Positions 39,196-49,439 of a DNA stretch of 64,000 nt are shown here, one piece after another. The notes beneath the pieces are model-generated. The model was not told the origin of the DNA, made no database searches, and saw only the letters and a list, made by a program, of their open reading frames with translations. The position numbers and the translations under genes were made by a program. Numbering within the stretch: the stretch's first letter is position 1; every line of letters starts with the position of its first letter. The stretch is from Myxococcales bacterium (lineage in GTDB: Bacteria; Myxococcota_A; Polyangia; Polyangiales; DASUME01): NCBI GenBank assembly GCA_047601445.1, contig JASGJH010000001.1, positions 288,001 through 352,000 of the forward strand, read 5' to 3'.

Positions 39196-40572
39196 TCAGT
39201 CGATGCGGTAGTAGGAAAAGATTCCGAGCGGCGGCATCTTGCCGGCGTTCGGCGGCGGTGGCGTCCACTTCTCGTCGGTGGTCACCACGGTGCGGATGGT
39301 GCGGCGTGCGTGTCCCACGCGCCCCGTGCTCTCGATTGTGAGTACGTTGGCGTTGGTGGAGAATTGGCGCTGCATGCGTCGGCGCAGGTCGGCGGGCTGG
39401 GCCGGAATGGTGATGGGGGTAAACATCATCTGCGGCATTCCGAAGGTCTGCAGGAGCGGCTGCAGCTGCTCGAAGAGCGGTCCCGAACCCGAGACGAAAT
39501 TCACGAAGTCGCTGGCGCGCGAGAACCACGGGATGCCGAAGCCCATGCTGTTGGCCATGTCTACCAGCGCGATGAACTTGCCGCGTTCCATGCCCGTGGG
39601 GTCGCTGCACAGGGGCTGGTCGCGGATCTCCACGAACGAGCAGACGGCCGCCAACATCACGTCTGGCCGCGCACCGTTGGGGTTCACGCGTCCACCGCCG
39701 TAGATGGTGATCTGGCGCGACGCCGGGCTGTCGATGTCGGGTTCCACGAAGGTGGCCCAGAAGTCGTCGCCCACGCCGCGCACCAGGCGCAGCTCCTCGA
39801 GCGTATCGTAGGGGGCGTTCTTGATGTTGTAGGGCTCGATCAGGCCGCGGTAGTAGTCGGCGTCCTCCGAGCCAGAGCTCTGCACGGCCTGCAGCACCGG
39901 GTCGTAGTTGGTGCGCTGCTCGTCGGCGTCCCACCAGTCGATGATGTTGGCGAGTACGTCGAGCCGCGTGTTCATGCGCCCCTTCTCGTCGAAGCCCGAG
40001 AAGATGGGGTCGTAGAGGTTCGGGCTGGGGAAGGGCGGGCTGCCCTGGGTCAGCGTGTAGATGGCCTTGGCGATGTTCGCGCGCCCGAGTGCCACGTCCT
40101 GCAGACGCGGGTCGTTCACCGTCATCTTGGTGTTCTCGGCCGAGGCCTGCACCTCGAACGTGCCGCCCGTCTTGCCGAGGCCCTCGGCGAGATCCATGTC
40201 GAAGCCCACGCTGGCCGCGTTCTCTTTGGAACCCTCGAAGTTCGCGAAGGGCTCCAGGATGACGTTGGCGAAATTCCAGACTGGCAGCTGGGGCGGCGGT
40301 CTGCCCTTCATCAACGCGGAGAAGATTGGCGCCACGAGGCTGCGCAGGTTCTTCTCCTGACCAATCAGCATGCGCGTCAGGTTCACGCCGCTCTTGGCCA
40401 AGTACTCGGCGCGCAACTGATCGCGCGCCGCCATGGACGCCGCGAACCCCTGGCCGGTGGTCTCGTGCAGATCGGTGACCAACACCGCCAGGATCATCAA
40501 GGCGATGAGCGACAGCAGCAGGGCAAAGCCCTGTTGTTTCTCGCGCTTTCTGGTCAGTTTGGGGTCGGTCAT
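39196..40572 (-). CDS. gspK: Minor pseudopilin GspK
   Basis: KQQG|FALLLSL cleavage site, QLRAEYLAKSGVN, IIDWWDAD and KNAPYDTLEELRLVRGV. Confidence 0.9.
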   Translation of the reverse strand: MTDPKLTRKREKQQGFALLLSLIALMILAVLVTDLHETTGQGFAASMAARDQLRAEYLAKSGVNLTRMLIGQEKNLRSLVAPIFSALMKGRPPPQLPVWNFANVILEPFANFEGSKENAASVGFDMDLAEGLGKTGGTFEVQASAENTKMTVNDPRLQDVALGRANIAKAIYTLTQGSPPFPSPNLYDPIFSGFDEKGRMNTRLDVLANIIDWWDADEQRTNYDPVLQAVQSSGSEDADYYRGLIEPYNIKNAPYDTLEELRLVRGVGDDFWATFVEPDIDSPASRQITIYGGGRVNPNGARPDVMLAAVCSFVEIRDQPLCSDPTGMERGKFIALVDMANSMGFGIPWFSRASDFVNFVSGSGPLFEQLQPLLQTFGMPQMMFTPITIPAQPADLRRRMQRQFSTNANVLTIESTGRVGHARRTIRTVVTTDEKWTPPPPNAGKMPPLGIFSYYRID

Positions 40573-40574
40573 GA

Positions 40575-41258
40575 TCAGTTCGCGTGGTTGAAGGCCCAGG
40601 TCATGGGCAGTACCGCACGGGTGCCGAAGACTTCTTTTTGCTTCGGGTTGGCGATGCCCGGTACGGTCAGCTTGATGCGCACCTGCGACGGCAGGCGGTT
40701 GACCTGACCCGTGCCCGTGGTGGTGTCCCAGCTCGTCTGCCACTCCCAATTCACGGCATCGAGGTACTCGAGCTCGAACTCGAGCACGTCCTCCAGCATG
40801 ATCTCGATGCGTCCGCCTTCCTGTGGCTTGTCGTCGATGCGTGGGGACATACGGCGGGCCAGCACCTTACCGTCACCGCTCGGATGGTCGGTGAGGAAGT
40901 AAGAGATCTCGTTCTGGTCCGACTCCTTGGCGTCGCGATAGATGCGCGTGTGGGAAACGGATGTGAAGTCGATCCGGTCGCCGAAGCCGCTGTCCTTGCC
41001 CACGAAGGCAGTACGCATGGCCTGCAGCGAGGAGAGCGGGTTGTAGTGCACGGACACGTAGGCCATCGAGAGTTCGCGCACCATGCGCTCCAGGGCCGAG
41101 CTCAGCTCGTGATAGCGGTTGAGCTGGGTTTCGAGCTTGCTCTTGGCGCGCGAGGTCTGGGCGAAGCCCCCGTACACCAGCGCTCCCACGGCCGCGAAGA
41201 TGGTCATGGCGATCATGACTTCGATGAGCGTCATGCCCTGTGAGCTGCGCCGTCTCAT
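40575..41258 (-). CDS. gspJ: Minor pseudopilin GspJ
   Basis: QG|MTLIEVMIA prepilin motif; ERMVRELSMAY and W..SWDT..LPSQVRI. Confidence 0.85.
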   Translation of the reverse strand: MRRRSSQGMTLIEVMIAMTIFAAVGALVYGGFAQTSRAKSKLETQLNRYHELSSALERMVRELSMAYVSVHYNPLSSLQAMRTAFVGKDSGFGDRIDFTSVSHTRIYRDAKESDQNEISYFLTDHPSGDGKVLARRMSPRIDDKPQEGGRIEIMLEDVLEFELEYLDAVNWEWQTSWDTTTGTGQVNRLPSQVRIKLTVPGIANPKQKEVFGTRAVLPMTWAFNHAN

Positions 41259-42052
41259 TTGGTCGCCGGTGCGGTGGGGGGGGTGGCGGTTTGAGTGCCC
41301 ATGCCGGTCGCGGGCGGCGGGGCGTTGTCGTCCTCGTCGTTCATGTTCGGCAGGAAGGGCGCCTCGTTGACGAGGAACTGGACCACGTCGAAGGTCTGCT
41401 CCTTCTCGCCTTCGGTCCAATACACGCTCACGGTCACGCGGCGCACCTGCTCCTCGATGATCGGCTTCATGATCGGGAAGGCGAAGTCCATCACCATGCC
41501 CGAGATAGGGTCCATGCCGCCGCTGCTGAAGGTGCCGCTCCCGCCGCCCGCGCCGCCCAGACCTCCGCCCGTGCCGCCGCCCGAACCTCCCAAGATCGAC
41601 GGCATGCCGTTGAGCGGGATGCCCATGCTGCTCAGCGGATCCTGCGGGGCCCCGATGGGCGCACCGCCGCCTGGGCTGCTGCTCGAGCCGCTCTGCCCAC
41701 CCTTGACCTTGTCGAGGGCGTCCTTGGCTTCCGCCTCGGTCTTGCCCTCGGAGGACTCGGGCAGCACGATGCGCTCGACCTTCCATTCGCAGCGGAAGCC
41801 CTTGTGCTCTGCCCCATCGCAGCACTCGTCGCGGTCGTCGAGCGCGCTTCCGGGCCAGCCCTCCTTGCCCAGCTTCTCCTCGATCTCGCCCATCTTGCAG
41901 CGCGCGAGCAGCGAAGCGATGGTGGTGGTGCGGGCGCGTTGCGCAATGCGGATCGCACCTGCTTCGCTCGCGAACAACGAGCTCAAGCCAATCGCCATGA
42001 TGATCACGGCGATCATGACCTCCATCAGCGTGAAGCCGGCCTGACGCCTCAT
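41255..42052 (-). CDS. gspI: Minor pseudopilin GspI with a Gly-rich insertion
   Basis: AG|FTLMEVMIA; ASLLARCKMGEIE; VRRVTVSVYW. Confidence 0.82.
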   Translation of the reverse strand: MRRQAGFTLMEVMIAVIIMAIGLSSLFASEAGAIRIAQRARTTTIASLLARCKMGEIEEKLGKEGWPGSALDDRDECCDGAEHKGFRCEWKVERIVLPESSEGKTEAEAKDALDKVKGGQSGSSSSPGGGAPIGAPQDPLSSMGIPLNGMPSILGGSGGGTGGGLGGAGGGSGTFSSGGMDPISGMVMDFAFPIMKPIIEEQVRRVTVSVYWTEGEKEQTFDVVQFLVNEAPFLPNMNDEDDNAPPPATGMGTQTATPPTAPATK

Positions 42053-42813
42053 AGGCGGTCCTCCAGCTCGGAAGCTTCGTTGTCCCGCTTGTTGGGATCG
42101 TCCACCAGGATCTCCGGCTCGAAGGGCACGTTGTGCACCGTGCCGCGTCCGGTGAGCGGGTGGATCTCCACCGAGTAGATGGTGTCGCTACGATCTCGCA
42201 GCTGGATCACCGCGTGCTGCGTGAGGCCGCTGGGGAAGAAGAACAGGTCGGTCTTCCCTTGCTCGCGCGGGGTCTCCTCGTGGGCCACGATGACCTTGGC
42301 GATGCGGATGTCGTCTCCCACCGGGTGTTTGGTGAAGCGCTTGAGCAGCTTGCCGCTGTCGCCCGTGATGGCGCTGAAGGCCGAGGGCGGCAGCTTGAGC
42401 TCGTCGATGGGCTTTTCGATCTTGGCCTTGGCGATGGCCCATGGATCGAGCGCCGCGCCTGGGTCCCCGCGGTCCTCGTCGCGCGCGGCCTCCTCGCGCA
42501 GCGGCGCGTCACTGCGCACCAAGCTCACGCGACCTTCGGCCTCGCTCAGCTCGACCGTGCCATCTTCCAGATTCAGCGTCATGCGTACGGTGGTGCCGTT
42601 CGCGAGCGCACGATGGAAGCCGTACTGGGACAGGGCCACCAGGCGCACGGCGGCGCTGCGCAGGTTGGTCTTCGTGATGGCCCCGAGTCCCACCGAGACC
42701 GCACTCGCCCCGATCGCGATGATGACCACCACGATCATGATCTCGATCAGGGTGAGCCCTGCCAACCTTTGGCGGCGCGATCGAGAAAGAGCATGTGTGC
42801 TCGGGGCTTGCAC
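42049..42813 (-). CDS. gspH: Minor pseudopilin GspH/FimT-like
   Basis: AG|LTLIEIMIV; LFFFPSG and VEIHPLTG. Confidence 0.82.
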   Translation of the reverse strand: MQAPSTHALSRSRRQRLAGLTLIEIMIVVVIIAIGASAVSVGLGAITKTNLRSAAVRLVALSQYGFHRALANGTTVRMTLNLEDGTVELSEAEGRVSLVRSDAPLREEAARDEDRGDPGAALDPWAIAKAKIEKPIDELKLPPSAFSAITGDSGKLLKRFTKHPVGDDIRIAKVIVAHEETPREQGKTDLFFFPSGLTQHAVIQLRDRSDTIYSVEIHPLTGRGTVHNVPFEPEILVDDPNKRDNEASELEDRL

Positions 42814-42837
42814 GTTGGACTCACGGCGTGGTTGCGA

Positions 42838-43284
42838 TCACTTGATGTCGTCTTCGGTGTCGAACTCGCCGTCTGGCCCGGCGGAGATCACGGTGATGTC
42901 GGTGCCTTCGCACTCGATGCGGTAGGCGTGGTCCCAGGGATCGGTGGTGGCCTTGCTCTTGTCGATGGCCTTGTCCTCGATCAACTGGTCCATGGTGGCG
43001 CACTCGGCGTTGTTGGTGGCGATGTAGAGCTGCACGGCGGTACGCACGGTCTCCACGCCGGACTCGGCCTGGCGCATCTTGGCCTTCTGGAGCTGAGGCA
43101 CCACGGCGATGCCGACGCCCGTGGCGACCAGGGCCATGATCACGACCACGATCATGATCTCGATCAGGGTCATACCGGCTTCGCGCAGCGCAGCGGCCTG
43201 GAGGCGAAGGTCCTCGACGCTGCGCGTGGGGTACGCGTGCACGGACTCGGACGACTTGGCGGCTTCTAATTGCGTGTCAGACAT
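42838..43284 (-). CDS. gspG: Major pseudopilin GspG
   Basis: AG|MTLIEIMIVVVIM; DPWDHAY and ISAGPDGEFDTEDDI; SD AGGAG upstream. Confidence 0.9.
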   Translation of the reverse strand: MSDTQLEAAKSSESVHAYPTRSVEDLRLQAAALREAGMTLIEIMIVVVIMALVATGVGIAVVPQLQKAKMRQAESGVETVRTAVQLYIATNNAECATMDQLIEDKAIDKSKATTDPWDHAYRIECEGTDITVISAGPDGEFDTEDDIK

Positions 43285-43317
43285 GTTGGAGCTCTCCTGA
43301 ATTCCCCACGCGCGGGG

Positions 43318-43743
43318 CTACATCACATTGTCGTCATCGAGGAAGGACCCGCTCGGGCCCGCACTCAGAACTTCAATCTCGGGCGCGCTGCCGTCGCAGC
43401 GCAGATAGACGCCGTTTCCCCAGGCGTCACTGGGCAGCTCGTGCAGGTAAATCACGCCCGAGCGTGGAGGGTGCAACAGCTCGTTGAGGCTGCGCGGGCA
43501 GCGCCCGACGTCGTGCACGAAGGCCTCGGTGGCGCGCGAGACCTCGCTCAGCGTGGCTCGCGTGGACAGGATGTCCGCGCGCCGACCGCCGAGCCAGTAG
43601 GCCCCCCCGAGCACGCTCGCGAAGGCCGCCAGCAGCACGAACGGGAGCACACGCCGGCCCGAGAACAGGCCGCGCAACAGGCTGTCCTCTCGCTCCCAGG
43701 GAAGCGGTAGACGCGGACTCCTCTTGCGTGCTCGTTTGGCCAC
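43318..43743 (-). CDS. GspG-like protein lacking a canonical prepilin peptidase site
   Basis: C-terminal GRCP.SLNEL..YLHELPSDAWG..LSAGPSG..DDDN is GspG-like; basic N-terminus and TM without G|FTLxE. Confidence 0.7.
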   Translation of the reverse strand: MAKRARKRSPRLPLPWEREDSLLRGLFSGRRVLPFVLLAAFASVLGGAYWLGGRRADILSTRATLSEVSRATEAFVHDVGRCPRSLNELLHPPRSGVIYLHELPSDAWGNGVYLRCDGSAPEIEVLSAGPSGSFLDDDNVM

Positions 43744-43747
43744 GACG

Positions 43748-44977
43748 TCAGCCTCCCGTCACGAACTCGTTCATCTGCATCAACGGCATCAAGATGGCGC
43801 CGGTGATGGCACCCGTGATGCCGCCCATCAGGAGGATCATCGCCGGCTCGAGCAAGCTCGACATCGTCTCCACCTGGGCGTCTACCTGGTCGTCGTAGGC
43901 GTCCGCCACGTTCTCGAGCATCGCCTCGAGCTCACCGGAGCGCTCGCCGATGGCGATCATGTGCGTCACGATGGGCGGGAAGCGCTTGCTGCGCGCCAGG
44001 GGCTTGGCGATGGATTCACCTTCACGGATGGCCTCGCGGGCCTCGTCGACCACGCGCATCAGCTCGGTGTTCACCAGTACGTTGCGCGTGATCTCCAGCG
44101 CCCCGAGCACCGGCACGCCGCTGCGCAGCAGCGTGGCCAGGGTGCGGGCGAAGCGCGCGCAGGCCACCTTGGTGGTGAGTGCGCCCACGATGGGTGCGGA
44201 GAGCAGGAACAGATCCCAGCGCTTGCGACCCTGCGGCGACGCATGCCAGCGCCTGAAGCCGTAGACCATGCCCGCGATACCGGCGCCCATCAGGTACCAG
44301 TAGTCGGTGAACATCGAGCTGATGAACATCAGCAGCCGCGTGTACCAGGGCAAGACCTGGCCGAAGTCATCGAAGATGGCGGTCACCTGCGGCACCACCA
44401 CGGTCATCATCACGGTGACCACGAGGAAGGTCATCACCATCATCACGGCCGGGTAGGCCAGCGCGCTCGAGACCTTGCCCTTGAGGCGGTTTTGCGACTC
44501 GAGTACGTCGGCCAGGCGCGCGAGCACCTGATCGAGGTTGCCCGACGCCTCGCCGGCCATGACCATGTTCGTGTAGAGATCCCCGAAGATCTTCGGGTGA
44601 GCCTTGAGCGCGGCGTTGAACGCGATACCTTCGTTGACCTTGTCGCGCGTGTTGGTGAGCGCGTTGCGCAGGTCTTCCTTTTCGGTCTGCTCGATCAGCG
44701 CATCCAGCGCCTCGACCAGCGGGATGCCCGCCTTCAGCAGGGTGGCCATCTGGCGCGTGGTCAGCGCCAGGTCTTGCATGGAGACGCGTGAGATCAGCCG
44801 CTTGAGGTTGATGTTGCGGGCCTCGCGTTTGCGCGCCGCACTCTCTTCCTCGAGCTGCGTGACGAGCACGCCCTGCCGGCGCAAGGTCGCGCGCAGGGCC
44901 TTGGGGCTGTCGGCATCGTCGATGCCCTTGACCTCCTTGCCCGCTGCGTTGACGCCGCGCCATGCGAAGACTGCCAT
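43748..44977 (-). CDS. gspF: T2SS inner-membrane platform protein GspF
   Basis: TRQMATLLKAGIPL, AGEASGNL, ALAYP, RFARTLATLLRSGVP, GERSGELE and SLLEP. Confidence 0.95.
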   Translation of the reverse strand: MAVFAWRGVNAAGKEVKGIDDADSPKALRATLRRQGVLVTQLEEESAARKREARNINLKRLISRVSMQDLALTTRQMATLLKAGIPLVEALDALIEQTEKEDLRNALTNTRDKVNEGIAFNAALKAHPKIFGDLYTNMVMAGEASGNLDQVLARLADVLESQNRLKGKVSSALAYPAVMMVMTFLVVTVMMTVVVPQVTAIFDDFGQVLPWYTRLLMFISSMFTDYWYLMGAGIAGMVYGFRRWHASPQGRKRWDLFLLSAPIVGALTTKVACARFARTLATLLRSGVPVLGALEITRNVLVNTELMRVVDEAREAIREGESIAKPLARSKRFPPIVTHMIAIGERSGELEAMLENVADAYDDQVDAQVETMSSLLEPAMILLMGGITGAITGAILMPLMQMNEFVTGG

Positions 44978-44980
44978 CGT

Positions 44981-46780
44981 TTACTCCAGATCGCCGGCTT
45001 GGGTTGCGGCGAGCACCTCGTCCACGCTGGTGACGCCCTTGAGCACCTGCCGCGAGCCGTCCTGGCGCAGCGTGCGCATGCCGCCGAGCTGGCCCGCACG
45101 GGTGATCGCGTTGGAATCGCTGTTGTTGAGGATCTCCTTGCGCACGGCGTCAGAGATCACCAGCAGCTCGTAGATGCCGATACGACCGCGATAGCCGGTC
45201 TGCGCGCAGGCCTCGCAGCCGGTGGGGCGATAGAACACCGGGCGCTCGTTGCTGGCGCCTTCCTCGACCAAAAGGTCGCTCGAGAGGATCTCTTCACCGT
45301 CGCCCGGCTTGCTCGGCGCCCGCTGCGCGGCCCCTGCCACCGCGGTGGGCTCGTCGGCTAGCGGCGCGAACGAGCGCCAATCGATGCCCAGCGAGCGCAG
45401 GTCTTCGTTGCTCGGCAAGTACGGGGCGCGACACTTGGGGCACAGGCGACGCACCAGGCGTTGCGCCAACACGGCCATCAAGGACGACGAGATGTGGAAG
45501 GGCTGCACGCCCATTTCGACCAAGCGCGTGACGGCGCCCGCGGCGTCATTGGTGTGCAAGGTGCTGAGCACCAAGTGACCGGTGAGCGAGGCGTGGATGG
45601 CGATTTCCGCGGTCTCGTGATCGCGGATCTCACCGACCATGATGATGTCGGGATCCTGACGCAGGAAGCTGCGTAGCCCGGAGGCGAAGGTGAGGCCGAT
45701 CTTGGGCTGCACCTGAACCTGCCCGACGCCCTTGAGCTCGTACTCGACCGGGTCCTCGACGGTGAGGATGTTGACCTCGGGGCGGTTCACCTGGTTGAGG
45801 CACGCGTAGAGCGTGGTGGTCTTGCCCGAACCGGTGGGGCCCGTCACCAGGACGATGCCGTTGGGCCGGGTGATCATGTGCTCCATCGTCGCGTACTGGG
45901 CCTTGTCGAAGCCCAGGTCCGTCAGATCGAGCAGGATGTTTTCCTTGTCGAGCAGACGCATCACGATGCGCTCGCCCTTGGCGGTGGGCACGGTCGACAC
46001 GCGCACGTCGATCAGCTTGCCCTGGATCTTCTTGGTGATGCGGCCGTCCTGCGGCAGGCGCTTCTCGGCGATGTTGAGACCCGCCTCGATTTTCACGCGC
46101 GCCACGATGGAGGGCAGGAAGCCCTTGTGCGCCGACTTCGTCGGATAGAGCTCGCCGTCGATGCGGTTGCGCACCACGACCTCTTTGTCGGTCGGCTCGA
46201 TGTGGATATCGGACGCGCGGTCGCGCACGGCGTTGTAGAAGAGGTTGTTGACCCAGCGGATCACGGGCGCCTCATCGGTCATGTCGATGAGGTCCTGCAA
46301 CTCCTCTTCGTCCTGCGCCTTGCCTGAGTCGGCCAAGGCGTTCTCGTCCTTACGCTCGTACACGCGGTTGATGGCGCGCTCGATGGCGTCCACCGGCGCG
46401 GCGACGGCCGTGATCGCCACGCCGAGCAGCGCGCGTAGGTCGTCGAGCGGCGTAGGGTCGAGCGGGTTGGCCACGGCCACGGTCACGCGGGAGCCGTCGC
46501 GACCGATGGGCAGCACGCTGTGTTGACGCGCGAAATTGATGGGCGTGCGCTCGATCAGCTCGGCGGGCACGTTCTCGGCTTTGATGTCGTTGACGAACGG
46601 CAGCCCGGCTTCGTCGGCCAAGGCGCGCGCGATGGCGGTCTCATCGGCCACTCGCATGGCCAGCAGCACGTCCGGAAGCTTGGCGCCGCGCTCGTCGGCT
46701 ACACGCAGGGCTTCCTCGACGCGGTCGGCCGAGACCACGCCACGTCGCACGAGAATTTCACCGAGATAAGCCTGCTCCAT
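44981..46780 (-). CDS. gspE: T2SS ATPase GspE
   Basis: MshEN-like N-terminus ([12 protein letters not shown]), [48 protein letters not shown] and two CxxC pairs. Confidence 0.95.
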   Translation of the reverse strand: MEQAYLGEILVRRGVVSADRVEEALRVADERGAKLPDVLLAMRVADETAIARALADEAGLPFVNDIKAENVPAELIERTPINFARQHSVLPIGRDGSRVTVAVANPLDPTPLDDLRALLGVAITAVAAPVDAIERAINRVYERKDENALADSGKAQDEEELQDLIDMTDEAPVIRWVNNLFYNAVRDRASDIHIEPTDKEVVVRNRIDGELYPTKSAHKGFLPSIVARVKIEAGLNIAEKRLPQDGRITKKIQGKLIDVRVSTVPTAKGERIVMRLLDKENILLDLTDLGFDKAQYATMEHMITRPNGIVLVTGPTGSGKTTTLYACLNQVNRPEVNILTVEDPVEYELKGVGQVQVQPKIGLTFASGLRSFLRQDPDIIMVGEIRDHETAEIAIHASLTGHLVLSTLHTNDAAGAVTRLVEMGVQPFHISSSLMAVLAQRLVRRLCPKCRAPYLPSNEDLRSLGIDWRSFAPLADEPTAVAGAAQRAPSKPGDGEEILSSDLLVEEGASNERPVFYRPTGCEACAQTGYRGRIGIYELLVISDAVRKEILNNSDSNAITRAGQLGGMRTLRQDGSRQVLKGVTSVDEVLAATQAGDLE

Positions 46781-46782
46781 GT

Positions 46783-49374
46783 TCAGGGTGCCGCTGGAGG
46801 TGGAGGGGGAGGCGGTTCGGGTGCGGGAGGCGGTGCTTCCGCGGGCGCCTCGGCGGGGGCGGCGCCGTCGATCACGGTCTCGCCGTCGCTCTGGATTCCC
46901 ATGCTGCCGATGGCCGGGCGAGCCTGGTGGTCCGCCGGTGGCTCGTGCGCCATCTCGAGGGCCAGCTTCCGGTCCTCGGACAAGACGTTCATGTACTTGG
47001 AGATCTCGGCCACCAGACCGCGCGTCCGCGAGTAATCGATGGCGGGATGGTAGTCATGGGCGCCGAACACGAAGTAGCGATCCAGGAATTCCTGACGCTC
47101 GCGCATCTTGCGCTCGTAGATGGCGCGCAAATCCGCCTGCGTTCGCACGATGTAAGGCGTGAGGAACAGCAGCAGGTTGCTCTTCGACTTGGTGGTGCTG
47201 GTCTTGCGGAACAGGGCGCCGATCAACGGGATGTCACCGAGCAGTGGGATCTTCTTCTGGCTGCGATTCACCTGGTCGCGCATCAGGCCGCCGATGACCA
47301 CGGTCTGCTGGTCGCGCACGACGAGCTGCGTCTTCGCGGTACGGCGATTGATCGGGAAGGCGATGGCGTTACCCGGCACCGCCGCGCCCACGTCCGAGAT
47401 CTCTTCCTCGAGCTCGAGTCGAATCTCGTCGCTCTCGTTGATGTGAGGCGTGATGCGGATGCGCGTGCCCACGTCGCCGCGCGGCGGGCTACCGGCGAAA
47501 CCGCCGCCGAGACCACCCAGACCACCGAGCGCACCGAGACCGGCGGCGGCCGTGGCCGGGTTCGCGCCCGTCGCGCCCTGCGTGCCGGCGAGACCTGCCA
47601 GGCCGGCGAGGCCACCGAGGCCGCCGAGCGCACCTGGCGAGTTACCCTGCAGCGGCACGTTCTGACCGATGTTGATCTCGGCTTCCTCGTTGTTGAGGGC
47701 CAAGAGATGCGGCGTCGCGAGCACGTCGCTGTCGCTGGTCTGCGCGAGGGCGGCCAGCGCCACGCCGAAGGACGGCACGCTGACGCCCGCGGGACCGCCT
47801 TCGATCACTGGCCCCTGAATGCCGATGGCGATGCCGGAGAGCGCCTCCGCGCCACCAGCCGAGGAGATCTGCGAACCAATACCCGATACGCCGCCTGCCG
47901 TGAGGGCGAGCGGGTTCGTCACGCCGTAGCCGAGCACGCCGAGCGAGCCTTCCTTGGGGAAGTCGGGCACACCGGAGAAGTAGTTCAAGCCCAGGTCGCG
48001 CGAGTTGTTCACGTCGAGCGTGATGACCACGGCCTCGATGAAGACCTGACGTCGCTCGCTGTCGAGTCTGTCGATGACCTTCTTGAGCGCCGCGTAGTCA
48101 TGCAGCGAAGAGGTGATGACGAGCGAGTTCGTGGGCTCGTGGGCCGTGATGGCCACGGTGCCTTCGAACACGGCGTCAGAACCTGCGCCCGAGCTCTTGC
48201 CCTGCCCACCGGGCTGCCGCTTGGCGCTGCCGCCCACCAGGGTGGTGAGGGTCTTGGCGATCTCTTCGGAGTCGCCGTGCTGCAGGTAGTGGACGTGGAT
48301 GCCGCCGTCGCCGTCGAGCGGCACGTCGAGGTGACGGATGAGCTCGAGGATGCGCAGGTAGGCCGCTTCGGTGGCCATGATGACCAACGAGTTGGTGCGC
48401 TCGTCGGGGAGGATGTTGCTCACGCGGAAGCCCGCATTGCGCGAGCCGATGGTGGCGGGGCCCGCTCCAGCCGGCTGCGAGGCCGAGCTCTTCTTGGGCG
48501 CCGCGGCCGCGGCCGGGGCCGCACCGGCCGCGCCGCCCTTGCCGCTGGCATCGAGCGGAAAGATCTCGGTCAGGCGCGCCGCCAAGTCACTGGCGTTGGC
48601 GTGGTGCACCGGCTCGATCCAAAGCTGCTCGCCGCCGCGCTCGATGTCGATGGCGTCGACGATACGCAGCATGCGCCGGATGTTGTTGCCGGTGTCGGTG
48701 ATGATCAGCGTGTTGGTGGGCGCATAGGCCGTGACGTTGCCCTCGGCCGACTTGAAGCGTCCGAGCAGGTTGGCCACGTCTTCGGAGGCCACGTAGTTCA
48801 CGCGGTACAGGTGCGTGACGAAGCGGTCCTCGGCGGGCACGTTCTCGTCGATCAGCAGGGGAATGGTCTTGGCTTCCACGCCCTGCGATTCGACCACCTT
48901 CAGGTACTTACCCGAGGGCACCAGGGCCAGGCCGTTGAGCTCCAAGACCGAGAGGAACGCGCGGTAAGCCTCGGCCGCCGTCACCTTGCCCGGCGCGTAC
49001 ACCGTGGCTTTGATGCTGCGCGTCTTGTTCGGGATGATGAACGCCTTGCCGGTGATGCTCGACACCAGGCGCACCAGGTCCGTGAGCTCCGCGTCCTCGA
49101 GGTTGAAGGTCACCTTGGCACCAGGCGAGGTCGGCCTGAAGTCGATGCCGGTCTCGAAGGGCGGGATCTGCGGAGGCGCATTCTCGGTGGAAGCACCCGC
49201 TGGAACCTCGGTGCTGGGCCTCGGTTCGTTCGGACGCGGGCCGAGCTGGAGCGGCTTCGTGGGGTTGCGCCCTTCGCCTTCCTGGGCCTGGGCGCGCGGC
49301 AGGCTTCCGTTCGCTGCCCCGACGGCCAACAAGGCCGACAGGCTTAGCGCGGGCCATGATCCTTTGAGTCTCAC
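46783..49374 (-). CDS. gspD: T2SS secretin GspD
   Basis: N0 domain VTFNLEDAEL, TNTLIITD, RRQVFIEAV, VVIGGL, KIPLLGDIPLIGALF and NLLLFLTP. GTG 49374 has SD AAGGAG; alternative start 49443. Confidence 0.95.
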   Translation of the reverse strand: MRLKGSWPALSLSALLAVGAANGSLPRAQAQEGEGRNPTKPLQLGPRPNEPRPSTEVPAGASTENAPPQIPPFETGIDFRPTSPGAKVTFNLEDAELTDLVRLVSSITGKAFIIPNKTRSIKATVYAPGKVTAAEAYRAFLSVLELNGLALVPSGKYLKVVESQGVEAKTIPLLIDENVPAEDRFVTHLYRVNYVASEDVANLLGRFKSAEGNVTAYAPTNTLIITDTGNNIRRMLRIVDAIDIERGGEQLWIEPVHHANASDLAARLTEIFPLDASGKGGAAGAAPAAAAAPKKSSASQPAGAGPATIGSRNAGFRVSNILPDERTNSLVIMATEAAYLRILELIRHLDVPLDGDGGIHVHYLQHGDSEEIAKTLTTLVGGSAKRQPGGQGKSSGAGSDAVFEGTVAITAHEPTNSLVITSSLHDYAALKKVIDRLDSERRQVFIEAVVITLDVNNSRDLGLNYFSGVPDFPKEGSLGVLGYGVTNPLALTAGGVSGIGSQISSAGGAEALSGIAIGIQGPVIEGGPAGVSVPSFGVALAALAQTSDSDVLATPHLLALNNEEAEINIGQNVPLQGNSPGALGGLGGLAGLAGLAGTQGATGANPATAAAGLGALGGLGGLGGGFAGSPPRGDVGTRIRITPHINESDEIRLELEEEISDVGAAVPGNAIAFPINRRTAKTQLVVRDQQTVVIGGLMRDQVNRSQKKIPLLGDIPLIGALFRKTSTTKSKSNLLLFLTPYIVRTQADLRAIYERKMRERQEFLDRYFVFGAHDYHPAIDYSRTRGLVAEISKYMNVLSEDRKLALEMAHEPPADHQARPAIGSMGIQSDGETVIDGAAPAEAPAEAPPPAPEPPPPPPPAAP

Positions 49375-49439
49375 GCGAGCTCCTTGCTTACTCTTTGCTC
49401 GCGCACCCGAGGGCGCGCTTCGACAGCTTCCGAGGCGGG

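Noticed and set aside
39196..46780. Type IV pilus rather than T2SS
   Set aside because: GspC-PDZ, GspD, GspK and GspN are present in C-to-N order and there is no PilT.
46927..49347. Long antisense ORFs (806 aa here; also 22944-25565, 15855-17534, 9018-10673, 1537-3126)
   Set aside because: Shadow frames opposite clear genes, expected in high-GC DNA; no recognisable motifs.
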